This document shows positions 51,561-64,000 of a stretch of DNA of 64,000 bases, piece after piece. The notes under the pieces were generated by a model. That model was not told the DNA's origin. It made no database searches and saw only the letters and a program-made list of their open reading frames with translations. The translations under genes and the position numbers were made by a program. The DNA comes from Mobula hypostoma. Lineage: Eukaryota. The DNA is taken from NCBI RefSeq assembly GCF_963921235.1, contig NC_086108.1, positions 61,816,001 to 61,880,000 on the forward strand, in the 5' to 3' direction. Within the stretch, counting starts at the first letter, position 1. Each line of letters starts with the position of its first letter.

Positions 51561-53039
51561 GCAACTCCAACATTGTTAGGTAGTCATCATTACTGCAGCT
51601 GTATTGGAACTGCTTGGCAAGAGGCACTGCTACTTGAGGAGATCTGATCTTCAGTACTATAGCTGGGAGGTCATATGCTCCCACACACTTTGCTATCTCC
51701 AGTGCTGTTGTTCCTTACTTGATATCATGGCAATGATTTTATTTCTTCTTCTTCTTCTTCATCTGGAGGTGCATGAGCTAAACTGGAGGGGAACCAATGT
51801 CCTGCTGGCAGATTCACTCGTGCTACTCAGGAAAGTTGAAACTAGTTAGGCAGAGGGATGGGAACCAGAGCACAGGGTCAAAAAGTGGAGGGATTGAGAG
51901 GAAGGTGGATGTCAGGGACAGTAAAAACAGGTAGGACTAAATTACCATAATGATTGGCCAGATACTTTGAAGTGTGCGTATTTTAATTCTAGGAGTATTA
52001 TGGGTACAGGTGATGAACTTAAGAGTGTGGATCAGTACATGGAACCATGACATTGTGGCCATTACTGACATCTGGTTGATAGAGGGAGAGGAATGTGTGC
52101 TTAATGTCTCAGGGTTTTGATATTTTAGAAGAGATAGAGAAAGGTGGATTTGTACTTCTTCAGGGACAATATCACAGCTGCACTGAGAGTAGACATAATT
52201 GAGGGCTCGCTTACTGAATCTATTTGGGTAGAACTCAGAAATAGAAAAGGGACAATCACTCTGATACAATTGCACTACAGACTCCCAATAGCCAGAGAAT
52301 AATTGAGGAACAGAAATACAGGCTGATTAAGGAAAAACAATGACCTTCTTAGTGAAAGAAGTTTAGATTGAGCAGAATGTGTTAGTTGCATCCAGGAGGG
52401 TTCTTAAGTCAATAAGATGGTTCAGCAGGAGGTGGGAATATACTGGGCCTGGTATTAGTTAATGAGCTTGGCCAGATTACTGATCATCCAGTGGGTGAGC
52501 AATCAGGGAACAGTGACCACAACTCCTTAAGTTTTAAGATAACTATAGATAAGTATGGACTTTATGGGAGCATATTAAATTGGAACAGGGCAAGAACTAG
52601 GGAGAGTGATTTGAGAACAGATGTTGCTGAGCAAGTCTACATCTGGTATGTGGAAGGTGTTTAAAGACCAACTGCACAGACTGAAGGACAAGAATGTTCC
52701 AGTCAGAAGGAAAGACAAGGATGGCAGAGTAAGAGAACCTTGGTTGTTGAGGAGATGATGAGTTTAGTCAAGAAGTAAAAGGTAAAGGTTAGGAAGCTGG
52801 AATCAAACAAAGTCCTTGAGGATTATAGAGAGACTAGAAAATAACTCGAAGGGAATTAGGAAAGCCAGAAGGTGCCATGAAAAGTTCTCAGCAAATAGGA
52901 TTAAAGAGAATCCCGAGGCATTCTATACATTCATCAAGAGCACAAGGCTAGCTAGAGAAATGGTAGGACCACTCAAGGATAAGTCAAGTTGTTTATTATC
53001 ATTTAAATGTATACATGTATATAACATATATAACCATAT

Positions 53040-54044
53040 TGTCATAGGGGAGCGCATAGGGAGTGGACCCAAATGCAAGACAGACACTGAAGTACTAGAA
53101 CAGGCCAAAGTTTATCAAAAAAGCAAGGGGAGTCGGGAAGAAATGACACTGGACATCGACACAGGTCCTGGACGAGATAAGGACACCAGGCCTGGGCTAG
53201 GGCTAAGACTAGGAAAGAAGGACCAGGACAAGGAACTTGGAACTAAGAGCCTGGGCTAGGACTCCAAGCCAAAGACTGGACAGGGACTCAGAACCTGGGT
53301 CTTGACTTGGGCTCAGACCCCGGATCTAGGCGAGGACAAGACGTGGCTACAGGACTGGACTTGGAACTCCTGCACAGGACAAGGCACACGGACAGGACAA
53401 GAACACAAAGCCATGACTTGGACAAGACAAGGTTCTTGGACATGGCTTGGACAAGACGAGGTTCTTGGACATGGCCAGGATGCTTTCTAGGATGCAGGGC
53501 CAGGACCCTTTCTAGGATGCAAGGCCAGGATGACTGCCGAGGGACTCCTGGACTGGACAAGAACACAAAGCCTTGACTTGGTCAGGACTGGAACATGGTG
53601 CCTGGAACTTGAAACACAGAGCCAGGACCCCTCCTTGGGAACAGGACTTAGAGCCAGGGCTTTACACAGACTCAGGACCCCTCCTTGGGAACAGGGCCTA
53701 AGGCCGGGACTCTTCTTTGACACAGACACTAAACACAGGGACACAAAGAGATAGTTCCAAACCCAACAATAGATAGTTCCTTATCTTGGTGTGGCAAGGC
53801 TCCAGTCTCACTCCAGCAGTTGAACTTGACAGGGATGCAGGCAAGGCCTCAGAAGGGAGGGGAAAGGAACAGTCCAACAGGGAATCCTTGGTTTTCAGAG
53901 GTATTTATGTGCCAGCCCAAAACATGAATCAGGTGCCTCAATTAAGGCACCCAATGGAACAAGGGAAAACAGGAAAACCCGGAAAAAGGATTGATGAACC
54001 GCACCCTGAACCGGAATACAGATTTCATGGACCGGACCATGACA
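53040..54044 (-). mobile_element. Solo LTR (1005 bp) with internal short tandem repeats
   Basis: Inverted termini TGTCAT...ATGACA; exact 5-bp TSD CATAT at 53035-53039 and 54045-54049; lies within a short retroposon tail (~52982-54090) inside CR1; orientation inferred. Confidence 0.82.
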
Positions 54045-54989
54045 CATATAATGTATATAGAAATGAGACAACGTTTCTCTGAACGAGGGTGATAAAGGGG
54101 AAATATTTGCTTGGATGTGGAGGATGATGATGAGGTCCTTAATGAGTACTTTACTCTGTATTTACCAAGGAGAAGCACATGGAGGATAGTGAGATCAGTG
54201 CCAAGCAGATTAATATGCCGGGGCATTTCGAGGTAAAGGAGGAGGTGGTATTGTGTCTCTCAAGGAGAATTAAAGAGCTTAAGTCCCCAGGTCATGATGG
54301 GATAAACCCCAGGTTATTGAGAGAGGCAAGAGATGAGATATTTTGCCAATATCTTTGCAGCCTCTCCAGCCACAGGCGAGCTCCCGGAGTGTTGGTGAGT
54401 AGCTAATGTTGCTCCATTATTCAAGAAGGGAACCAGGGATGATCCTGGAAACTGTAGACGTGAGAGTCTCACATCAGTGGTAGGGAAGTTACTGAGGAGA
54501 TTTATGAGCTTTTTGAAAACCATGGCCTAATTAGGGACAGCCAGCATAGCTTGTACAGGGAAAATGTAGGACAACCCAAGGATAAAGGGGAGAACGTTTG
54601 TTTGGATGCAGAGGATATGGTCGAGGTCCTTACTGGGTACCTTACATCAATATTTACCAAGGAGTAAGATGTGGAGGACAGGGAGATCAATGCCGAACGT
54701 ATCGATATGTTAGCGCATATCCTCATGTCTTACGAACTTAATTGAGTTTTTTGACGAGGTAACGAGAGTGATTGATGGAGCTAGAGCTGTGAATGTTGTC
54801 TATGTGTATTTTAATAAGGCATTTGACATGGTCTGTCATGGGAGGCTCATCCAGAAGATTAAGCATAGTGAATTGGCTCTGTAGATTCAGAATTGGCTTG
54901 TCTATAGAAAACAAAGGGTAGAGGTCAAAGGGACTTATTCTAGTTGGAGGTTGTGATTGGGGGAGTTCCACAAGGACCTGTATGGGGCT

Positions 54990-56605
54990 TCTGCTGTTTA
55001 TGAAGATATGAGCAGTGTGCCAGATGTTGAGGGGTGTGAGGAAAGAGTGAGCGCAGTTTCTATTACAAGGGAGAAGGTGCTCAAAAAGCTGAAAGACCAG
55101 AGGGTACATAAGTCACTCAGACTAGAAGAACTGCACCCTAGGGTTCTGAAAGAGGTAGCAATAGAGACTGCAAATGTCACTCTGCTCTTTAAGAAAGGAG
55201 GGAAGCAGCAGAAAGGAAATTATAGACAAGTTATCTTGACCTCAGTGGTTGGGAAGATGTTGAAGTCAACTGTTAAGAATGAGTTATGGAGTACTTGGTG
55301 ACACAGGACAAGATAGGACAAAGTCAGCATGGTTTGCTTTAGGGAACAGGTTGCCTGACGAAGTTGTTGAAATTCTTAGAGGAGATTACAAGTAGGGTGG
55401 ATAAAGGGGACATAGTGGATGTTGTATATTTAGAGTTTACGAAGGCCTTTCACAAGGTGCCACACATGACACTGCTTACCAAGTTAAGAGCCCATGGTAT
55501 TACAAGAAAGGTACTGACATGATTAGAGCATTGGCTGATTGGCAGGAGGCAGTGAGTGGGAATAAAAAGATCCTTTTCTGGTTGGCTGCCAGTGAATGAC
55601 TAGTGGGTTCCACAGGGTTGGAGTTGGGCACCGCTTCTTTTTGTGCTATATATCAATGATTTAGGTGATGAAGTAGATAGATTTGTTTCTAAGTTTGCAG
55701 ATGATACAAAGATTGGTGGGGGGCAGGTAGTGTTGGGAAAGAGGAAGGCTACAGAAGGACTTAGACAGATTAGGATAATGGACAAGAAAGTTGCAAATGA
55801 AATACAATATTGGAACATGATGGTCATGCACTTTGGTAGTAGAAATAAATGTGTGGACTATTTTCTAAATGGGGAGAAAATACAGAACTTTGAGATGCAA
55901 AGGGATTTGGGAATCCTTGTGTAGGACACCCTAAAGGTTGGTTTGCAGATTGAGTCAGTGGTGAGGAAGACAAATGTAATGTTAGCATTCATTTCAAGAG
56001 GTCTAGAATACAAGAGCAGGGATGTGATGCTGAGGATTTATAAGACACTGGTGAGGACTCACCTTGAATACTGTGAACAATTTTGGACCCCTCATCTAAG
56101 AAAGGACATGCTGGCATTGGAGAGGGTTCAGGGGAGGTTCACAAGGATGAGTCGTAGAATGAAAGTGTTATCATACAAGGAACGTACTCATTGGAATTCA
56201 GAAGGATGAGGGGGAGATTTCATTGAAACCTTTTGAATGTTGAAAGTCCTGGACAGAGTAGATGTGGAAAGTATGTTTCCCCTGGTGGGGGAGTCTAGGA
56301 CAAGAGATCATAGCCACTGGATAGAAGGATGGCCATCTAATACAGAGATGCGAAGAAATCTCTTTAACCAGAAGGTGGTGAATTTGTGGAATTTGTTACC
56401 ACATGCGGCTGTAGAGGCCAGGTTCTTGGGTGTATTTAAGGCAGCAATTGAAAGGTTCTTGATTGGACTTGGCATCAAAGGTTACAGAGAGAATGCTGGG
56501 GAGTGGGGCTGAGGAGAGGAGAAAAGGATCAGTAATGATTGAATGGCAGAACAGACTGAATGGGCCAAATGGCCTAATTCTGTTCATTTGTCTTATAGTC
56601 TTATG
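54990..56605 (+). mobile_element. 5'-truncated CR1 LINE (RT and 3' end)
   Basis: LYINDL...SKFADDTK, YKTLVRTHLEYC, TRDHS; GTCTTATAGTCTTAT tail. Confidence 0.9.
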
Positions 56606-56729
56606 TCGAGACTTTGGAGAGTGTGCAGAATAGGGTGCTAGCTGGATAAGAGGGCATGTCGTACACCAAACAGAAGGACAAACCTGAGTTGTTTTCTTTG
56701 AGTAGCAGGGTCTGAGGGAAGCCTTCAAT

Positions 56730-59046
56730 TGGAGTACTGAGCAGACGTAACAGAGGCATTCCCGCACAGGTCCAGTGAAAAACCCAGTCTCTATAAAAGA
56801 GAGGTACCACCTAGTGGAGCAGTCAGCATGGGAGCAGTTGTCTCCACAGTAATCTGAGTCAGAGTGGTAAGGCTTTGGCTCAACAAGACTTCAGCAAGAA
56901 TAGGCAGAGGCAATGTAAGTAGGCAAGTTCATGCCTTATTTCTTACTTTTTTTTAGAATTAACTCCAGAGAGAATAGGGGGTATGTCTGCAGAGCCAGCG
57001 TTCTTTTCTGGGTGTCAGATGTGGAATTTCTGGGAGATTCCCAGCCTCCCCGATGGGTGCATCGGAATGCAGCTCGTTAGAGACTGAGTTAGGGGACTGG
57101 AGCTGCAGCTTAATGACCCTCTGCTTGTTAGGGAAATTGAAGAGGTAATATTCAGGAGCTACAGGGAGGTAGTCACCCCAAGGCTACAGAAGACAGATAA
57201 ATGGGTGACTGCCAGGAGAGGGAAGTGGGAACATCAGATAGTGGAGAGCACCCTGTGGCCGTCCCCCTCAAAAATAGGTACTCCTTTTTGAGGACTGTTG
57301 GTGGGGGCAACCTACCTGGGGGAAGCAACAGTGGCCGTGTCTCTTGCACTGAATCTGGCCCTGTGGCTCAGAAGGGTAGGAAACTGAAGAAGATGACAGC
57401 AGTAATAGGGGAATCTACAGCTGGGGGGACAGATAGACAATTCTGTGGATGCGAAAAGGAAACATGGATGGTAGTTTGCCTCCCTGGTGTCGGGGTCCGC
57501 TATGTTTCTAAACGCGTCCACAATATCCCGAAAAGGGTGAGTGAGCAGCCAGAAGTGTGGTACATATTGGTACTAACAACACAGGTAGAAAAAAGGAGGT
57601 CCTGAAAACAGAATACAAGGGGTTAGGAAGGAAGCTGAAAAGCAGGACCTCAAAGATAGTAATCTTGGTATTGCTGACCTTGCCATGTGACAGTGAGGAT
57701 AGGAATAGAATAAGGTGGTGGATAAATGCGTGGCTGAAGAACTGGAGTTGAGGGCAAGGTTCTGGATCATTGGCACCTCTTCTGAAAGGGACAGGTTACA
57801 CTTGAATCTGAGGGTGACCAATATCCTTGTGGGCAGTTTACTAGAGCTTTTGGGGGTGGTTTAAACTAATAGGGCAGGGGGATGGGAACCAGTATATTAA
57901 AGCTGAGGATGAGCCAGCAGGTTTACAAGTAGATGATGTAATACGTAATTTGAATGTAAGGAAGGACAAGCCAATGATAGGGTACAACTGCAGACAGAGA
58001 AAAGAATTAAGTTGAACAACAGAGGTAAAATTCAAAAAGGCGAAGAATGCAGGACTGAAGGTGCTGTATTTAAATGCACGTAGCATTCGGAATAAGGTGG
58101 ATGAACTTGTGGCGTAATAAAAGATTGGTTGGTATGACATTGTGGGCATCACTGAGTCGTGGCTGAAAGAAGGTCATAGTTGGGAGCTTAACAAACGATA
58201 GACTTTGTATCGAAAGGACAGGCAGGAAGGCATAGGTGGTAAGTGGCTCTATTGGTAAGAGATGGAATTACATCTTTAGAAAGAGGTGACATAGGGTCAG
58301 ATAATGTCGAATCTCTGTGGGTGGAGTTAAGAAATTGCAAGGGTGAAAAAACTATAATGGGAATCATATTTAGGCCTCCAAATAGTAGCCACGATGTGGT
58401 GTTGAGCTTGCAAAGGGAGCGGGAAAGGGCATATAATAAGGGCAATGTCATAATTGTAATGGGGGACTTCAATATGCAAGGGGATTGGGAAAATCAGGTT
58501 GGTGTCGGATTGTAAGAGAGGGAATTGGTTGAAGGCCTACGAGATGGCTTTTTAGAGCAGCTTATAGCCTACTTGGGAAAAGGCTATCTTAGATTGGCTG
58601 TGGTGTAATCACCCAGATTTTATTGGTCAGCATAACATAAAGGAACCTTTAGGAGGCAGTGATCATAATATGATTGAACTTATACTGCAATTTGAGGGGG
58701 AGAAGCACAAGTCACGTGTATCAGTATCACAATGGAATACACAATGGAACTACAGAGCACAGCCTCAAAACTGAGGGGCAACCTTCTAGAACAGAAGTAA
58801 GAATGAATTATTTTTTTTGCCAAAGAGTGGTGAATCTGTGGAATTCTCTACCACAGACTGCAGTGGAGGCCAAGTCCATGGGTATACTCACAGTGGAAGT
58901 TGATAGATTCCTGATTGGTCGGGGCATCAAGAGATATGGTGAGAGGTATGGGATTGACTAGGATCTGGGATCAGCCATGATGAAATGGTGGACAGGACTC
59001 AATGGGCTGAATGGCCTAATTCAACTCCTATGTCTTATGGTCTTAT
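56730..59046 (+). mobile_element. CR1 LINE with ORF1 esterase and APE joined directly to the 3' end (RT deleted)
   Basis: VIGEST and VHIGTNN esterase blocks; LYLNARSI and IIVMGDFN APE motifs; abrupt jump at ~58745 to the 3' end; TCTTATGGTCTTAT tail. Confidence 0.85.
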
Positions 59047-60119
59047 CCAATGGAGGTTTATAAAATTATGAGAGACATAGATATAATCAGCAAATAGTAT
59101 CTTTTTCCAGGGGTTGAAATGTCTGATAACAGAAAGCATGCATTTAAGGTGAGGGGACTAAGTTCAAAGGAGATGTGGGAGGCAAGTTTTTCTTTGCAGA
59201 AAGAGCGGCGGATGTCTGGAATGTGCTGCCTAGGGTGGTGTTAGAGGCAGGTTCGTTCAGGAGGTTTCAGAGAAGTTTAGAATGTGGGGGATTTGGAAGG
59301 ATATGGGCAATGTGTAGGCAGAAGAGGTTCATTTAGTTGGCCATTTGATTACTAATTCGTTGTTTTGGCACAACATTGTGAGCCAAAGGGCCTGTACCCA
59401 TTCTCTACTGTTGCACGTTCGATGTCCTTTGCAAAGGAAGAGAGTACAGAACATTAGGTGTGGGCCTGAACCATGGGTGGTTCTCCAACCTCTCCATAAC
59501 TCACATCTGTGAGAAGCAAGTTGTGCGAAGAGTAAGCACTGCAGGATGCAAGACTGAAATCGGTGACCCATAACTATTCCCAGCAGAATTCACTCTCATC
59601 CAGCCATCATTGCATACAATCAAAGAATCAGACATTAAGGTCCGCAGTGTGAAAAGTAATCACGAATATTATAACAACCTTAAATATTATTACTTACACA
59701 CCCACCTGTAGAAGATGTCTAGCGGACCCAGTAGATCACCGGCCTTGCTCCAGAAGGATCTGCTATCTCCTGCTGTGCTGCTCTATATCCCCTCGCACTC
59801 AGATATTCAATGGCCATCCTTCTGCCTCAAGGCTGCACGAAGCTAGGCTTCCTGCAAACTAGATGCTCTAATGATCCTCTTGTTCTTGCGCTTTTGGAGC
59901 CAGGTTAGGAGATTGCTCAGAATCCCCTATTGACTTTCCAGCATTGTACTATGGGGCAACTCCTGTCTCATAATTCCACAGACCTGAATCCCTGATATAG
60001 GTTATGAAATTTATTGTTTTGTGGCAACAGCAAGATATAAAAATTACTGTAAGTTAGAAAAATATAAATAAACAAATAGTGCAAAGGAGGAATAGTGAGG
60101 TCATGTGGACAGGTTCATG

Positions 60120-60470
60120 GACCTGGGTTCAATCCTGACTTTGGGTGTGTTTGTGTGGAATATTTACATTCCTCTTGTGTCTACGTAGGACTCGTCCAAA
60201 TGTACTGGTTTCATTCCACATCCCAAAACATAACCACTGTACTTTTCCGCTAGAACAGGGATTCCCAACCCCTCAGTTAATGGTAGGGGGTCCATGGCAT
60301 AAAAAGGTTAGCAACCCCTGCCCTAGAATGGTGAGTGATGGGAACTAATGGGCATCGGGGGTGAATAAAAAGGATTCGGGTAGGATTAGTGTAAAAACTG
60401 GCTGTTCACTTCCTCCATTGATTTGTGGGCAGAATAGCCTGTTTTCAAGCTGTATCACTCTAGGACTCTC
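60120..60470 (+). mobile_element. V-SINE-like SINE interrupted by a MITE
   Basis: GGGTTCAATCC B-box, TGTGTGGAATATTTACATT and CCACATCCCAAAACA V-domain-like blocks. Confidence 0.6.
60256..60320 (+). mobile_element. 65-bp hAT MITE
   Basis: TIRs CAGGGATTCCCAACC and GGTTAGCAACCCCTG; TSD CGCTAGAA/CCCTAGAA. Confidence 0.75.
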
Positions 60471-61584
60471 CCTTTATAACTTCCCAGGTATCAATACTAC
60501 TCTTGGTGATTCATCCATAGGGTGTGGCAAAGTGCAATGACCATTGGGGCAGATGCAGAAAGATTCAGTACAAATCCTACAAAATGTCCTGAAAAAACTT
60601 TCCTGCACAAAAGGCATTCCCATGAAAACGTACATTTGGCAGTCCCTCAATAAAGTAGGCAAGTGGCTTCAGTTTTTATTCACCCAATTTGCTTGTGAAG
60701 TCTTCCAAAGCTGATGCGTTCCAACCTTAGTTTCACCAGCAAGTTCTGGGGAGATGGGCATCTTGCCCTTACTTAGTGGCCAAACCGTTTTTTTTTAACA
60801 TTGCTGTTTAATGAGTGGACTACAGTGATGCAGTTGCCAAACCAGATTTACTCCCAGAATGACAAACTTGGGTTAAACGTGGAAGTCAGTGTCTTCATTC
60901 CAGGTTTCAACATACTAGCACTTTTACCAAATTTAGCCTCTATCAATTCTCAAGCTCTTCCTGTAATATACATTAAAACTGTATGATTCCCTCACACTCG
61001 CACCCCCCCCCCAAATGTTCTACACAATCTCTCTCAGATTTGAAGGCAATATAATGTTATCTTTTCAAGCTAAGAGAATTAATTAGACTGTGGATGCCCT
61101 TCCTCAGCGGGGCGAATGTGGCAACTGTTTCAAGATCTTTATCTATTTTAGTCATCTTAATTTACTTAGAATTTACTTTTGTTAAGCTGTTGAAATGTAG
61201 AAATTCTTTAAAGTTGCTTACTTGCTGCTTTAACTGAGATCTGTTTTAAGGAAATAATAGTTTTTTAACTGGTTGCAAAGGAGATGCAATTAGGTAAACT
61301 CTGGTTAACAGTTTAATTCCTGCGGTGGTTGGGCTATTCTGCAATTGAAGACAGTATGGGGCAGTCTTTGTGTGGAGCATAAATTGGGCAAGTGATGGCA
61401 AAGCCATCTGTTCTACACGCCTGACACAATTGGCAGAGGTCCTATGCCATTTTAATAATCAGGCCTAATTTACATGCAATTGGTGAACTGCCAGCACTGA
61501 TCACAATCCCCAAAGACAGTGCATTCATTCGAAGGGCAGGAATTCCACCACTTAAAGGTAAATCAGTGGATTTTAACAAGGAGT

Positions 61585-61681
61585 TCTGAAGAAGGCTCTA
61601 GGCCTGAAACATCGATTGTTTATTCATTTCCATTGATGTTGCCTGTCTTGCTGAGTTCCTCCAGCACTTTGTGCATGTTGC
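61585..61681 (+). mobile_element. Solo PLE terminal-repeat insertion starting at the hammerhead core
   Basis: CTGAAGA (61586-92), AGGCTCTAGGCCT, GAAAC, ATC; exact 14-bp TSD TTTTAACAAGGAGT at 61571-61584 and 61682-61695. Confidence 0.8.
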
Positions 61682-63164
61682 TTTTAACAAGGAGTGTCAT
61701 TTTTAAACAATGGACAGCCATGTTCTGGAATGGCAGATAATGATAAGGCTCATGAATGCAGTCCTGGAGGGTGAGTTTGCAGAAGGAAGAACATCTTGCT
61801 CCTCTTCCTCAAGGAACTGTCTAAAGGATCCCATGAAGGAAAATGCTGAAGTCCAGACCAACACACAAAAATGCTGGAAGAATTCAACAGGTCAGGTAGC
61901 ATCTATGCCTAAGACAGCTGACATTTGTCTTATTGTTACATTGCTGGATCTATTCAGATGTTCACAACCTTCTGCAGTTGCTACAAGACCTTCATGTTGC
62001 TTTAAGTAACAACAAGGCAAAACATTAATTATCTCATGGAACTTTCCAGAGGTTTTCAATAAAACGGGTAAAAATATCTCTGAATATTTTTGGAAGTGAC
62101 TCTCTCTTTCTCTCAAACTGTGGCATACATAAGATCAGCGAGTACTGCAAGCAAAAGCAGTAACGTTATCGGAAATAACCTTGTTGCTTACTTACATTTT
62201 TCTGCATATTTATTATGCTTCACTGTGCTTCCAGAAGGTGCTTGAAACGTCTGAACAGAGGCCTACCCAAATATTGAACCAGCCACGTGCTCTCAGTCCT
62301 GCATTTGTATGTCTCTCCTGAGTTCACACAAACAATAAATCTTCTTGGGCTTTTCCTCCAGAAATCCCCCTGAAGAATGATCAATTCATGGCATAACTCA
62401 TGGGTGTGTCACAGTGCATGCTCTACCTAAAACTGTTCCCGATTCCACGGTAGGAAAGGATCCTGATTTGCACAATTAAGAAGCCAAACACCCTTTAAGT
62501 AGCAGGCACTCTTGTCAATTAAATGTTGTCTAAAATAATACATCATCTTGTCTATTTGAGATGCAGTTCAGCTGTTGCAGTTTCAATCTGATTTACATAG
62601 CAGCAGGTAACTTCAGTTCCATTTCTTTCCTGGAGAAGACAGATATAAAGCCTTCAGTTTTTATTTCTCTCGGAGATTCATGAATTTTTTAAAGTCCTTT
62701 TCTCAAAGGGCAGTGGAAAAAGAGTTTCTGAATATTTTCTAAGGCAGAGCTACATGGAGAGTTGATAAGTGGGGGGACATGGATGGAGAAAGATGCAGAA
62801 GAATGGTTACAAGCAGATGGCCACAATCTTATTAAGTGATGGAGCAGACCTGGGGCCTTAATTGGAGTATTCACACTTCCATTTAGTACGGCTGTATGTT
62901 TGGATACAAGTTCCTGAATTCTGGGGATTAGAATGTTGAAGTCGGCAGTCTCTCCTTGTAATTTATTAGTCCAGGTATTACGATGATAAATATGCACCAT
63001 ATTCTCCAGACAACAATTTATCCTTTCTGCAGTGTAATTTCCAGAACTGCTCAGAGTACTCTAGGAATGGTGTAGTTAGCACATTGCACTGATTTTTTAC
63101 TCTTTCTACCCATTTCTGGTACAGTCCTTCAAGTACAATGAACAACTTTCCATTCACCCTTTCG

Positions 63165-63410
63165 ATTTCTTTCTCCACTCTTCCATGATCTTCCAAATCC
63201 ATAGCATTCTGCACCTCCTCCCTCTCCAGCATTAGTGATTCCCAATGCAGATAGGGGAATTGCATCATCTAGTACCTTTGTTCCATCCACTGCCAGTGGC
63301 CACCTAATTCCACTTCCCATTCCCACACTGACATGTCTGTCCACAGTCTCTACTATTGCCATGTTGAGGCTAGAGACAGGTTGCAGGAGGAACATCTCAT
63401 ATTCCGCCTT
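63165..63410 (+). mobile_element. Penelope-like fragment, interrupted by CR1; tail resumes at ~63920-63980
   Basis: MSVHSLYYCHVEARDRLQEEHLIFRL; CAGTCCCGATGAAG terminal-repeat remnant at ~63966. Confidence 0.65.
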
Positions 63411-63411
63411 A

Positions 63412-63915
63412 AAACCATAAGACATTGGAGCAGAATTAGGCAATTCTGCCTATCTAGGCTGCTCTACCATTTGATCGTGCCTGATTTACTTTCCGCCTCA
63501 ATTCCATTCCCCTGCCTTTTCACCTGTAACCTTCGATACCCATACTGATCAAGAACCTATCTAACTCCACTTTAAAATATACTCATTGACTTGGTCTCCA
63601 CAGCCATCTGTGGCAATGAGTGACACAGATTCAACACATACTCGCTAAAGAAATTCACACTCATCACTGTTGTAAAGAGGTCCATTCTATTCTGAGGCTG
63701 TGTCCTCTGGTCCTAATGGAAACATCCTCCCCATGTACACTCTATTTAGGTCTTCCAGTAATTGTTATGTTTCAATGAGAACCCTGTTCATTCTTCTAAA
63801 CTCCTCATGCATTAATCCTTTCATTCCCTGGATCGTTCTCATAAACTTCCGCTGGATCCTCTCCAATTCCAACACATCCTGACATGGATATGAGGCCTAA
63901 AACTGCTCATAATAC
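63412..63915 (-). mobile_element. CR1 3' fragment
   Basis: Nucleotide homology to 35360-35930; CCATAAGACAT tail on +. Confidence 0.8.
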
Positions 63916-64000
63916 TCTGCTCCTCCCCCTTTCTTTCTTATTTAGGCTTCAGCCCTCTTCCTTTCCAGTCCCGATGAAGCCCAATGAATATCTCTGCCCA

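Larger units (their letters stand above)
51760..59425 (+). mobile_element. Old CR1 LINE in pieces (51760-54980, 56606-56720, 59050-59425) hosting nested inserts
   Basis: APE, linker (RIKENPEAFYTFIKS), KSPGHDGINPRLLRE and RT remnants, with 3' pieces resuming after each insert. Confidence 0.7.

Noticed and set aside
53288..53754. Repeat array and overlapping ORFs as a CRISPR array or gene
   Set aside because: No constant repeat with unique spacers and no cas genes; lies inside a TSD-flanked solo LTR.
59706..59855. Minus-strand exon candidate (TTTGCAG ... CAG|GTGGGT)
   Set aside because: Stops in all three frames and no other support.

Overview
Eukaryotic, repeat-dominated DNA with no confidently identifiable host gene. 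The repeat mix (V-SINE/HE1-type SINEs, CR1 LINEs with SGNH-esterase ORF1 and TCTTATG tails, Rex1/Babar LINEs, abundant Penelope-like elements) suggests an intronic or intergenic region of a cartilaginous fish, probably a ray; the taxon is inference. Main structures: (i) an old Ty3/Gypsy element at 4383-7841 with both LTRs, a GTAT TSD, a tRNA-Leu PBS and decayed gag/protease/integrase, but no RT/RNaseH; (ii) many Penelope-like (PLE) fragments whose terminal repeats carry a minimal type I hammerhead ribozyme motif (CTGANGA...GAAAC-NTH), four of them flanked by exact 13-14 bp TSDs; (iii) two deeply nested CR1 clusters at ~41-49 kb and ~52-59 kb holding hAT elements, a 320-bp foldback, a solo LTR and PLEs; (iv) two local segmental duplications and several TE-poor islands with exon-like or enhancer-like signals that cannot be assigned to a gene. 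No prokaryotic system, CRISPR array, rRNA or tRNA gene is seen. All TE coding regions are decayed. Family names come from motif recognition, not database searches, and boundaries without TSDs are approximate.
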